Shown here: in pieces, positions 23,984 through 36,000 of the stretch
Layout: each line of letters begins with the position of its first letter
Position numbering within the stretch: position 1 is the stretch's first letter
Assembly: GCA_016748015.1 (NCBI GenBank)
Contig: JAAOMT010000467.1
Span: 1-56,940 of the forward strand
Reading direction: 5' to 3'
Source of the DNA: Geosiphon pyriformis uo1
Lineage: Eukaryota; Fungi; Glomeromycota
Length of the DNA: 56,940 bases
The notes under the pieces: generated by a model
Told to the model about the DNA's origin: nothing
Database searches by the model: none
Seen by the model: only the letters and a program-made list of their open reading frames with translations
Program-made: the position numbers and the translations under genes

Positions 23984-24889
23984 ATTCGCAACGTTTTAGA
24001 ATCTTTTGAATAATGTATATGAACTTGAAGTTTTAAAAATAAAGAATTGATGAATTCTCAATGTTGAAAAAATTTCTTGGATTTTCGCCACAATATTTAT
24101 ATTTTTTACAGATGGATATCATTAACTATTATTGGAGAATTTAGGATCTTTTGAACAAGTTCTAACCGAGTACCGTGTTTTCTTGATCTCTATTCAGCCT
24201 TATAGCCGAAAAAGTTTTATACAAGCCACTCGACTTGTAGAAAATTTTCTATTTTACTGATATAGAACGAACTGGGCTCTTTTTTGTTTTGATTTTGAAC
24301 TTTTTTGTTTCTCGAATTCTTTGAACGAAAAAATTTGATTTTGGGAAAAACTTGCACAAAAAAATTTTATTAAATTTCATGAATTTAAAGACCGAGTTCT
24401 CTATTGAATTTACAAGTTTATGAGAAATCAATTTTTTTCTGAAAAAAAAAAAGGTTCCATTGATGCTAAAAACCTCGCTATTGTTATATCTGCCAAGAGG
24501 TCTTTGTCTCGTTCTAACTCCTCTTTCAGGCTAGATTATCATTTAACATTGAATCCAATTACCCTTTCAGGCCAGATGATCATTTTTAACCATCGAATTC
24601 AATTATTGGATAATTAAATACATGTATTAAAAAGTTAATATAATCGAATTTTGTCAATTCATTAAATAATTGCTTTTATATATTCATTCGATCTGATGAA
24701 ATTAATGGAACCGAGTAAAAACCGATTGTTGCTAATCTTTATTTATGGCTAAAATATATACCTTCTAGCAATTTCCCCTTTTTTGCTCGAAGGCATGGAG
24801 GAGCATTAAATAATTATGCAAAATTTAAAAGATATTACAAAATTTTTGATACTTGGCCGACTTACAATTTTTACACCAAATAAAATTTA

Positions 24890-25880
24890 TATCTAAATAA
24901 TACTTTGTCGACCCTCTATTTGACTCTAATACTGCTTCAATTCTCCTTAGAATTGAGGCAATAACTTTTTGGAGAACAGAGTATCGAATTTCTTCCATTC
25001 CTCCTTTAGCGCAATTTTAAGTTTGACCACAGACCTCGGAAAGAGTTCGTGTTTTAGATATTGTTCTTCAAAAGTTTCCAAATTTTCTCAATTGAATTCA
25101 GGTCAGATAGTCGTAAATTTATTTTTTGTTAACCATTCCTTGATATTTCCTGCACTATGGATTGACGCGTTATCTCGCGTAGCTTCCAGTTAACAACTTA
25201 AATACACTCTGAAATGGAAAAAAATTGACTTTTAAAATTTCAAGGTAAATATTTGCATTTATTCTTTTACCATTTTTTTTGTATTCATCACAAAATGCTA
25301 ATGGTCTTTTGAATCTTCCCCCAGATTCTCGTCCACTTTTGAAAGTAGGGACCAAGTAGTTAGCATTAGAATTTTTCTCCAGCGTACCGCAAAACTCTTG
25401 GATGCCGTAATTACTTCCCAATTTTCATACTCGTCTCATCAGAAAAGACAACTTTTGCCCAATCGTAAGTGGTTTCATTTTTATTTCCTCATAAAATCTA
25501 ACATCTAACACCAGTATAAGTATTTGTTTATAAGATTTTAGGTTTTTTTTGCTGCGATATGTGAGTGAAGTTTGGAGTTATAGAGCACATTTGTGGCAGT
25601 TGAGAAACTACATTTTTAGACCCAACTTGTTGAAAATTTTGTGGAGTGATGCATGTCGTTTTCTTTGGCTTTACAGACTAATAAATCTTTGGTCTTCCAA
25701 AATGTGGCAAGTTTGCACTTTTTCCTGTTCTTTGTTGTTACTTGTCAATAAAGCGCCGTATTGTAGTGTGGTCACGTCATAGCATTTTGCGATTTTAGCA
25801 GGATTTTATATTTTTCATGTATGCCAGAATCTTTTCTTTGTCAATTTCGTTTAACTGTGTACGAATGGGTATCATTTTTT
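24890..25880 (-). mobile_element. Tc1/mariner (DDE) transposon, pseudogenised transposase
   Basis: - strand fragments: RDHTTIRRFI (HTH region), WAKVVFSDETSM, YLVPTFKSGR, YLEILK, DNASIHSA, DLNSIEKIW, LKEEW, RRIEAVLESNRGSTKY. Many stops and frameshifts; TIRs not identified. Confidence 0.85.
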
Positions 25881-27170
25881 TACGTAACAATATGTCAAAT
25901 TTATTTGTTAAAAAGTGTTGTCTTAATTTTTTTAAACATGGTTACATTTTTGGGAGTACATTGAAAGTCTGTTATGTAAATAATATGGTGATTATGAATG
26001 GATTCCATGGGAGTGTTTAAAGAAATCAAAAATCCTGGTAAGGAAGGGTTTGACATAATTTATAAAGTAAAAATTCATGTAATATAAAACACTATGATGA
26101 AATGAAATATAAAAAAGAAAAAATTAATAGGAAAGGAGAAAAATTAATGAATGATGAAAAATTAAAAATGAAAAATGAAAAATGAATAATGAATAATGAA
26201 AAATGAAAATGAATAATGAAAATGAAGAAGCAATAAAATTTAAGAATAAAATTTTTGAAAGATATGATCAAATTATTATTCACATTTATATTCATCTAAA
26301 AGTTTAAAATTCATTTATTCACTTAATTTAATTAAATATTTATTACTTTTTCATTTTTGCGAGAAGTAAGGTTTCCAAAAATTTTATTATTAATTCATAT
26401 ATTTTTTATGAATAAAATAATGATATTAATTTCCATGTTTATATTTAACAAAAATGAATAAATGAATAAACATAATAATTTTAATATTTATAATCATTTT
26501 TAATAAGAATTAGAAATGGTATTTTTAAAGTTTTTAGCTAAAAATGAAGTATAAACAAGTTTAAGCCATTGTAAATTATAATGTAAATAAAGCGAAATAA
26601 AACTTAGCCATTCTCATTTTTAGTAATAAATTTTAAGTTACTTTTTTGAAAAGAAATCGTTATTGTATCAATAGTAATTTTAGATTAGAATTTAATGCAA
26701 TATCAAAATGCATCTTTTCAAAGCTTCATGATGAAATATTTGGGAAATTTGAAAAATCTGAAACAATTTGGGTAAATCCCGTTCTCGATCTATAAATAAA
26801 TCAAAAATTTTATTTTAACTCATAAGAAAATCTTTTATTAATAGAATTTTCATCCTCAAAATATAATTTTTCTGTTCATTCCCAGACCTTTTCTTTTTTT
26901 ATTTTTGATCCCCATCCAGTCATTTTAATAATAAGAGTATATTAATTTATATGTATATATAAACAGTAGATGATGAAATATTTTTGCCATCACATTTCGA
27001 TGTAGCTAGTTTAGAATATTCAAACAGCATTACCTCTGTGATATTAAAAGCTGTTAACGCCCTAGAATTGAGTAAGAAAAAAATTTATTTATAAATAACA
27101 TAAAATTTTTCACTGCAGAAATGTGAAAATATATAAATTCTTAATTATAGTTCTTTTATGCCAAGATTTT

Positions 27171-27238
27171 AATTTCACAATAACTGATCGGAATGAACGT
27201 TTTCAATTTCATAATAACTAATCGGAATGAACGTTTTC
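27171..27238. repeat. 34-bp tandem duplication
   Basis: aatttcacaataactgatcggaatgaacgttttc / aatttcataataactaatcggaatgaacgttttc. Confidence 0.9.
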
Positions 27239-28039
27239 ATAAGGTAGGATGGAGGTAAAACTTTTTTTTTATTCAAAAATAATTCGGATAAAAGTTGAAT
27301 TCAATGATTATACGTTGGTGAGTAATGAAAATTTGTAAAGTTCTTTTAACGGCCAAATTGGTTTAAAATCTTAATTCTTTTTAATATTAATATTTCTGTT
27401 AATACTATCAGACATTTAATTTCAAATAATTGAATGTTACACGTTAGTTTGTGAGATGAGATCAAAAATTAAGATTTTAGATGTCGAAATAGATATCATT
27501 GAAAAAAATAATAACCAGTGACCGGTATCATTTGTTCGATTCTCCGACTAATTTTATATTTATAGTAGATTGTATTTTAATTATAAAACATTTTTTTTTG
27601 ATCACCAAATCGGACGAAATATCGGAGTAAAATTTTTGTACAGTATGATGAAAAGTTAAATTTTTAATTTTTAATTAACAGAAATATGGCACAATATTAT
27701 GTTTTTTTCCTTTTATAGATACATTTCCTAATAATTATTTTATTCCTGGTCAAAGACTTCAAGATTTTCGTACTCTTATTGTAAATACGAGAACACACAG
27801 GATACAAATAGAACCACATCCCGAAGTCGTTTAACGAAAATTAGAGCCTAAAAAGATTTTCATGTTTCATAAAGGGGATTGTTTATTAGGTCTTTTTAAA
27901 CATGTTCCATTCTATGTCAGGTGTTTATTGACTAATTAGATTTACAAAAGAGAAAATTTTTTAAGGGGGTTATTTTTTTTTTAAAGTTTCAAAATTGTGT
28001 GTACTATGCTCAAGATATATTTTTTTTATTTGTTACAAA

Positions 28040-28097
28040 GGGGGGATGGGATGGGATGGGAGGGGAGGGGAGGAGAAGGGAGGAGAAGGGAGGGGGG
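28040..28097 (+). repeat. G-rich purine tract matching the G-quadruplex pattern
   Basis: ggggggatgggatgggatgggaggggaggggaggagaagggaggagaagggagggggg: more than four G3+ runs with short loops. Confidence 0.75.
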
Positions 28098-28363
28098 TGA
28101 ATTCAATATTTTTTTTCACCAAAAATATTGATGTTTGATAATCCAAAATAAAAGAAATAGATATAAATTTAAAAACTATTTTTTCTCTTATTATCTCGAT
28201 TTTGTAATTAATGTTATATTCTAAGAATCTAATTTGAAAAAAAATGAAACGAACATAGTTAAAACTTTTTTTTTGATTTCTTGACTTTTGATTCATTGGA
28301 AAAATAAATGATGTTCTGAGAAATATTATTAGCTGAGTATCGGGAATTTTTTTTCTAATCCGA

Positions 28364-28374
28364 TCGTTGTCGTC

Positions 28375-28427
<53 letters not shown>

Positions 28428-28450
28428 AGTCATCGTCATCTTTATCGTCG
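28364..28450 (+). repeat. (GTTGTC)n / (GTC)n compound microsatellite
   Basis: Direct reading; it explains the DNDNDN pseudo-ORF 28033..28545. Confidence 0.9.
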
Positions 28451-28848
28451 AAAGGAAATGATTCTAATACCAGTAAAGTTATGCATTTAACAAAAACAAT
28501 AACGATATAATAGTCTCTAACGTCATTTAATTGACAGTAATTCAATCAATGATTATCTGTTACACGTTATTGATAATGGATGTACACTGAGGAGTTATTG
28601 GAAGTTTCACATGGAGCTTCTTTCCCAGTTTAGTCTAAAAAGATGCATTAAATATAGCACAGATATTGGTTTCGAGGCACTATTTTTACTTTTATTAATT
28701 TGTAACATTATTTTGATATTTTACCTAAAAATCATTGACAAAATGTGTATCGGTAAAATTTAAGTTGGGTTTAATTCAATGACTATATTAGAACAAGTTT
28801 TTCAATTACTATTAAACCAAGTTTTCAATTATTATTGAATCAAATTTT

Positions 28849-28887
<39 letters not shown>

Positions 28888-28907
28888 NNNNNNNNNNNNN
28901 NNNNNNN
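28888..28907. other. Assembly gap (20 N) flanked by poly(A) runs
   Basis: N run preceded by A-run 28850..28887. True distance and orientation across the gap are unverified. Confidence 0.99.
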
Positions 28908-29290
28908 AATTATTAAAAAAAATTTTAAAAAAAAAAAAAAAAAAAAAAATGTATAAAAAGAACAAAGATTATTTTTTGGTAACCAACATCTGTTTCTTTC
29001 TTTTTGGAAAGAAAATCAATACAAAAAAAAAACGATATTGAAAATATTTTATTTTATTTTATTTTATTTCAAAATCAAATTTCATTTTAAAAAAAGAAAG
29101 AAACAGAAAAAAATTTTCTCCCATTTTTATGTATTTTATGCTTTGAAAAAAAAATTCCTAAAATTAAAATATAAAAGTCTTTTAAAAAAACGAACCAGCA
29201 ACAAAAAAATATATTTTAAAAAAAAAACATTTGAAATTTGAAATTTGAAACCTTTTTTTGGTTTACTTTTAACAAAAATTTTTTGGAAAA

Positions 29291-30172
29291 ATGTATCTTT
29301 CGAAATTCTTTTTCAAAATTATGATCACTTTAAATCTCGCATTGACATCGTATAACATTGTCAATGCAGCTCCAGCTCCATCACCACCAGACGGCTCAAC
29401 AACATGGACAGTTGGGGAAAAAGTAACAATTGCGTGGGGTGAAAATGCAGACTTACCACAAACCAAGGATATGTCTGGAATTACAATCACCTTAATGACA
29501 GGGGCCGATTTGGCTCAAATTCCATTGGATGTGATTGCATCAGGATTAAAAGTTTCAACCAAATCAGTAGATTATGTTGTTCCACCATTGTCAAAATTGG
29601 GATATCCGGCGGGAAAAATTTATTTCATAATGTTTTCGAGTTCGACAAATCCTTCTTCAGGTGTTAGTTGGTCAACTAGGTTTATTATTGTTGATGGAAA
29701 AACCCCTACAGTCACTTATGACAAGGGTGAACCATTCACGTTTTCACGTAAGTTTCCCCATAGACATCTTGAGATTCGATCTTTTTCTATTTAAAATATT
29801 TCATAAGATAATCGAAATATGTTTCTTTCTTTAATACTAGGATCCCAGGGAAGTTCGGCTCCAACTTCGGGAGTAACAACTAGTGACGGTGGCGGAATTA
29901 CTGTGACAATACCTGAAAAAACCACTGCAATTTCTACCACATCATCAACAACGACTTCAACTTCATCATCTACTACATCTACTACTTCGTCAGAAACTAC
30001 GACAACAGATTCATCGACAGCCAGTGTCGTAACCGTATTTGAGGATTCACAGCCAACAGAACAAGTTTCCACAAATAAAAATTCAGCGGCGAAAACAAAA
30101 TTCAATTCCAGCTGGATTTTCGTGTCATCATTTTTAATCGTATCAGTGATTAGTCATATTGCATTTATTTAA
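29291..30172 (+). CDS. Secreted Ser/Thr-rich GPI-anchored cell-surface protein with Kre9/Knh1-like N-terminal domain, 2 exons (29291..29747, 29841..30172), 262 aa
   Basis: N-terminal signal peptide (..YNIVNA|AP); P.....W.VG..VTIAW, ITLMTG, VPP, YFIMF, WSTRF pattern. GTAAGT donor at 29748 and TAG acceptor at 29840 are in phase. S/T stalk; NSAA followed by a hydrophobic C-terminus (GPI signal). Confidence 0.85.
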
Positions 30173-31169
30173 TTATTATTGTTACTACATTTATTTATTC
30201 TTTGTTGTTATACATTATTGTCCATAATAGCATTCAACGAAAAGGTTTCATCATAAATATAAAAAACTTTTGAAAATTCTTTATCATGAATAATGACCGT
30301 TTCAATTTCTTGCCGCATAATACGTGTGAAACTAGGAGAAATAACAATTTCGGGTTTTCAACAATTTGGCCTTATTATCCGAAAAAGATATTACTTCATT
30401 AAAGCTTTACAATTAGACTTTTCATTAATTTCAATATTTGGCTAAATTCTAATATGTTTCAAGGTATCAAGAATTTTTTTTTCTTGTATAACATATTGGG
30501 ATTCACATTATATCACATCAAACTTTGTACCCCTTATAAATAAATTAAAAATCTTTAAAAATTTAAAATTGTACAGATAAAATATATTTTAACTAAATAA
30601 TAATAATAAAAAAAATAATTTTTTTATTTCAAATTTCAAACCCCTTTTATTTTATAAATAAAAAAATAATCAATTTAAAAATAAATAAATTGAATACTAA
30701 AATTCTAAAACATGTTTCTTTATTTTAATTTATTTTAGCTATATCAATATCAAATTTCATTTTTTTGAATTTTTTTCCATGATATTTTAAACTTTGAAAT
30801 AAAAAAAAATAGTTTAAATGATGAATAAATACATTTTTTTTATCAATTAAATAAAGTTAATTTAAATTCAATAATCAAATTCAAATTTCTTAAATAATTT
30901 TTTTGCGAATTTACTAAATAATCAAATTAATTCAACTCTTAGACTTATGTTATTGTTTATTGATCTAAAGATAGAATTTTATTATCTCTCTTATTCTCAA
31001 CTTGAATTATATTTAAATAAATATAATTCATCGTTGAATGGGTAAATGTAAATATTCTACAGCAATACAACGACTTGCTAAATACAAACACTTGCTAAAT
31101 ACTATATATCATTAAAGATTTCAAAATAGCATGTCATTTACTGAAAATGAATGACTCAAAAAAATAATG

Positions 31170-31714
31170 CTACAACTCAATCGTCGTCATTATCTTCATC
31201 TTTTTGATACAGATACCATATGGGCGAATATCATGGTCTTCAGGTGATATCCAATATTCACCGCTACCTGTCCTTTCTTTAGGGATGCGAAAAAGGGTCG
31301 TGGGATTGACTCTATTCTGCAAAACAACCATATATTCACTACCTTCGTGAATGAAGGTTCTGGCGTGTAACTCGGCAATCTTTATATCAGGGGTTGAATA
31401 GATTCCATGGCCAAACCCGAATCGTTTTCCTTTACTCAACAAATATCCCTCTTCGGCAATAGATTTTGCATTATGTTTACCAGTTCCATGGTAAGAAACG
31501 GGCCAAGCAGTTGAAGAAACCCCAAGCCATTCATTATCAAACCCATACTTATCTAAAACTTTCAGTGCAAATCGGTTCCAACCACATGGACGAAGATAGG
31601 GAAACCCTCCACGAGTGAAGGTTATAGTATCTTTAATGTTTGTAAAGTCAAAGTGGAATCGCGGATCTAAGCAGTGGGGGCTCATAAAAAAGATATTGCT
31701 ATCATTAATAATAA

Positions 31715-31780
<66 letters not shown>

Positions 31781-32219
31781 GAAGACGTAACATTAGATGG
31801 CAGGTACTGTCTTTCTGAATATCATAGTGAGCCAGTATGTGGTCATCCTCAAGTTCTTTTCCACGATTAATAAGGCGTTGTTGATCTACGGGGATATTTT
31901 CAATTGCCTGGATCTTTTTCTTCAGATCTCCAACGGTATCGTTATTCAAGTCAACATTCATGCTCAAAGTTTTTCCAAACAAGCACTGGACATTAATTAT
32001 TCCTCTTCTCTGAGAAGTTTTATCATTTTTGGTAGAATACCACCCACCACGAGCTAGTGTAAGTTGATGCAAAGCTTCCATATTAATTTGTCGCGATTCA
32101 TATGGATGAACTTGCGTTGAAGTAATTTTCTTTGTAGCCGCCTCTTCATTGATCAACACATGTTGATCAAGAATTCTTGAAATACCTGCAGACAATAGCC
32201 ATAGGTCATTATCAGACAT
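31170..32219 (-). CDS. Ubiquitin-like domain + PARP/NEURL4-type ADP-ribosyltransferase fusion (copy 3), single exon, 349 aa, poly-Ser linker
   Basis: Homologous leader [22 protein letters not shown]; diverged Ubl ending LMLRLRGG; [42 protein letters not shown]. Confidence 0.9.
31716..31769 (-). repeat. In-frame (AGT)18 microsatellite encoding poly-Ser
   Basis: Pure act repeat on the + strand, directly after RLRGGG in copy 3. Confidence 0.92.
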
Positions 32220-32547
32220 TTTTTTAATTGCTATTTATTCGGTCAAAAGTGTTGAGACTAGAAGAAGACGACGAGTATTAACCCTATTTATAGACTTTTG
32301 CTTTTTCTATGCTAGTAATTGAAAAATATTAATAGCGACAAAAAAGACTAATAGAATTCATCTTTATCACCAACTTTTTCATGTATCAAAGTAAGGAAAC
32401 CTAAATGAATTTTGTGTCATCGTTGAGAATAATATTGGGACTATAAAAAAAAATTGTTTCCTAAATTTTTGGCTTTTATTGATGTGGTAGTTATGAGCGC
32501 ATTTTTAGCATTTTTTAAATTGATATTATTTTACTCGTGGTAGAATT

Positions 32548-32722
32548 CAAATTTCCATCAGGATTAAAAGCAGAATATAATAAAGAGTAGAAATGTTGCA
32601 TTGATTCAAATATTTTCAATATCATTATTTTCTTCAGAATGAATATCAAATTTCTATCAAAACCAAAAGTAGAATATGATAAAGAGGAGAAAAATTTTAC
32701 ATCAATTCAAATATTTTCAATA
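32548..32722. repeat. Imperfect ~75-bp direct repeat (period ~100 bp) between the lipase-like gene 3' end and the Ubl-ART start
   Basis: aaatttccatcaggattaaaagcagaatataataaagag...ttcaaatattttcaatat versus aaatttctatcaaaaccaaaagtagaatatgataaagag...ttcaaatattttcaatat. Confidence 0.75.
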
Positions 32723-32809
32723 TTTTGGGCACAGAGATTTTCAAAAGAATGCTGACACTTAACAAACATTTTTAAGAAAAGTAATATTCTCTTATTTTTT
32801 ATACTGCTG

Positions 32810-34225
32810 TCATAAATATCCTTCCATTCCAAGCTCGCAATTTCCCATCGTGATTCCAAAATATGGTCCTCGATGCGCTTCTTCAGTTTCAATAACTGAT
32901 CCGCGTTGCCCTGAATTGCATTCCTGATATTTAAATATCAAAGTAATATCTTATTTTTAAATTTCACCAGAATCGTCAAGATTTAAGTTAATAAAAATGC
33001 CTACTGGATTCTCGCCGTGTTTACGTTGATCCGGAACTGGACAGATAAAAACTTGATATTTTTCAATATCATCGCACTCACAGATTTGTTTTGGTATCCA
33101 AAATTCTGTCCCATGATGCCTGAATCCGAGAAATGGATATTTTGGAAGATGTAATCGCGGCACACTATCATTTGCATGAGTAACGCGTGCTATTGTCATA
33201 TTGAAGTGGTTAACGATTAGGGCAAAGTTTTCAACCCCAATACGTGGTTGCCCAAATGTTGCAACTATTGGAATAACTTTCCAGAGCTCAGTATTTTCTC
33301 GAGCTAATTCGTTATGCATTGCTAATGCTGCCATAACTGCGTATGCTATTGATTTTTTTCCAAAGGATTGGTTAAAAATTTATTATGGGTGAATTATTTA
33401 GACCAATTGGGAAAATATTAATTGAAAATCTAGAAACCTTAGTCATATACTTTATCCTGTTACCTACCACCACCAATTCCATGACCGATAAAAAAAACTG
33501 GAATCTTTTGTTCATCCCTTTTTGATACCAAATTTATTAATCGACGAAATAAATCTGGTATTATATATCTCATATCTGTATACCATTCATTGTCCACAAG
33601 AATGTTACGATGTTGCTTATAAGATAGGCCGAACTCAAACTGTTTCAATACACTCTTTCGCCGATTCCATTGTTTTGTGGTGTATTCTGGTCCCTTGAAG
33701 TATGCACTTATTTCTTGTGTATGGGGATCTACATAAAGGTCCCCTGACACGGAATTTGATTAAAATATTAGCGTCAATTTGAGCATTTGGGAATAAATTC
33801 AATTTGAATTAGAATTTACCAAATTTTCCAAATGGTAAATTTCCAATGAATCGCCGAGAATCACAATAAGGTAAATTTGCGATTTTTGCCATTTTCGATA
33901 GGAAAATTTTATCCTGTAGACTGGCTAATCTTTTTGGTGGATATTTTTCGAATGCTGTAAATAAACTATGTACCCTCTTGATATTTTCTCCCATTTTTGT
34001 TTTATCTTCAGGCATATCATCACTTGAATATTCTTTGCGATAACTTGTAGACAACCTCCGAACAGAGGAAGTTTCAGATGTAGATTTTTTCGCCCAAAAT
34101 ATTGGTGAATATCCTTGAGTGTCATTGTATGAATTTTTATCATTTATTGAACCGATCGTATTTGACCGAAATATTATATATGTTATGATAGAGATGATTG
34201 CTAGAAAGGGTAATAAGTGACACAT
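32810..34225 (-). CDS. Secreted class-3 lipase-like protein lacking the catalytic Ser, 4 exons (34225..33820, 33743..33468, 33345..33005, 32923..32810), 378 aa
   Basis: Signal/anchor peptide; AYFKG; FFIGHGIGGAYA (elbow, normally GHSLGGA); TFGQPRIG, RVTHANDSVPRL, GFRHHGTEFWI, ENPECN, HRGPYFG. Three GT-AG introns, all in phase (1137 nt). Confidence 0.88.
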
Positions 34226-35237
34226 TTCAAAAATTCAACAAAAGAAGAGAGTACCGAGATTTAAGTTCAAAAATGAAAGCTCATTTAATTTTCATGATTT
34301 GGTGACGAAACTGATTTTCTTTCATATTGATACAATCGATCATAAATATTTTATTTTCATTAATTTACAAATAATTATATATAGATCATCAAAATATATT
34401 TGATGTCGGAATAAAATTTGACTACTTTATATAGAGTAGTTTAAAACCTTTTAATGAAAAGTTTTTGCGTGAGAATTGACAATTATTGAGTTTAATTGAA
34501 TGTTTCCTTGGGGGATGAGAACCTTAAAAATTTGGGGGCTGATTTAATTTCGAACTCTTTAATAGAACTTGGAAAAAAGAATTAGTCATTATAATAGACA
34601 CAACAAATCGGTTGTGAATTTTTAATAGTAGTACATAACAGCAAAATACTTCTTTTTAAAGTTTCAAAATAGTTGTAAAATAAAAAATTAAAATAATAGA
34701 TAAATTAAATTTTGAGACTTGGATATATATATAAGGGAATTTTATCACTTTTCAGATTAAGGACTTATGAGTAGAATAAATTAAAATTACAATTACAATT
34801 ACCAATTATTTCAAACTTAATAGCACTTGTCTTTAAAAATGAATAATCTTAATTTGAGTTAAAATCTTTTTGAAGTTTTTAATACCAGCCGACCATTTAT
34901 AGAAGCTTTAAAGTCAAATTTAGATAAATTAAAGTTCATATTTCATCTTGTATTCACAGATGTTGTCTTTCTAACCATTCCTTTTCAAAGCCAAAAATAC
35001 GTAATCTGACTTTCGGAATTAGGAAATGAGTAATTCAAGCGATCCAAAGTCTTCATGCCAAATGATTTCAAATTTTTTTTTCACTTCACACCATCAAAGA
35101 TTGAGTTACTTGTGATCTTAATAGCAACGATGTTGTCTCTAGAATGTGCTTTGAATTTTAAACCCTAATTTTACCAAAGGATTTTAAATTTTTCTCTTGT
35201 GAAATATCATCGAATTGATTCAAAATTAAATTTTTTA

Positions 35238-36000
35238 GATGCGACCAAAATGCCGCCCGGATCAATCAGTCTTCAGAATTGCTCTATTTAGTCATTATTT
35301 TATACAAGTGTCCCAATTTTTCTTGTTGTTCAAAGGAGGACATTGGACGTGTAATTCCAGGTAATCTAGTTATTTGATATTTGATCAGCTTGGATGAGGC
35401 TTTTGGTTTTAAATCAAGATACAAAAATTTAGTTCAAATTTTAAAATTTAAGTAATAGCTTTCTCAATGATTCAGTGACTGGAGACAATTACTGGTTTAT
35501 TATTTGATCCAGATTCAGAAATTTATGGAATTCAAACGGCACAGTTTGACGGCCAGAGAAGGTATTAGACACTCGCTAAATAAAAAATCTCAAAAAAAAG
35601 TCGAATATGTCTTGCCAATCATGGTATTGGAGAAGGTTTGGTATATTCTTTACTTTAAAATTGTTGAAAAGTTGAAGCAGTCATTCTTTCTTTAGAAATT
35701 ATGAATTTACAAATGAGAAAGACCTAACTAAATTAATTTTACAGCCTACCAATCCTCGCAGCCTTATAGCTCTTCGACAAGGAAATAAATTTTTGAGCAT
35801 TCAAGCAATGGTTATTACGTTTGCAAGCAACTTATTAATTTCTCCTCATTTACCAGCTTAACGAGCATTATAGCAGGCCAGATAATACACTTCACGACTA
35901 AATTTCCCGTGGCTTTCTTCAAAAAGACATTTTCTCGATTTCCAGCATTGATGAACCGAATTTTAGATTGATTATTCGAATTGTGAATGTAGCTCGGAGA
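35238..36000 (+). pseudogene. Pseudogene of the same GHGIGG lipase-3-like family
   Basis: NHGIGE then G|GT at 35636, ctaac..acag| at 35744, then AY: the same phase-1 intron as in the intact gene. VITF; H**TEF*IDYSNCEC versus HHGTEFWIPKQICEC; an earlier IG..PG|GTAATC donor matches intron 1. Multiple stops and frameshifts. Confidence 0.65.

Noticed and set aside
26700-27170. Possible small spliced gene (VDDEIFLPSHFDVASLEYSNSITSV...VLLCQDFNF)
   Set aside because: Could not build a consistent exon chain with a start and stop; too little support.
28033-29241. DN-repeat and Lys-rich ORFs
   Set aside because: They arise from microsatellites, poly(A) runs and the N gap; non-ATG starts.
31196-32057. 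Overlapping alternative-frame and antisense ORFs shared with 1326..1547
   Set aside because: Their similarity follows from DNA similarity of the ART genes; no independent coding evidence.
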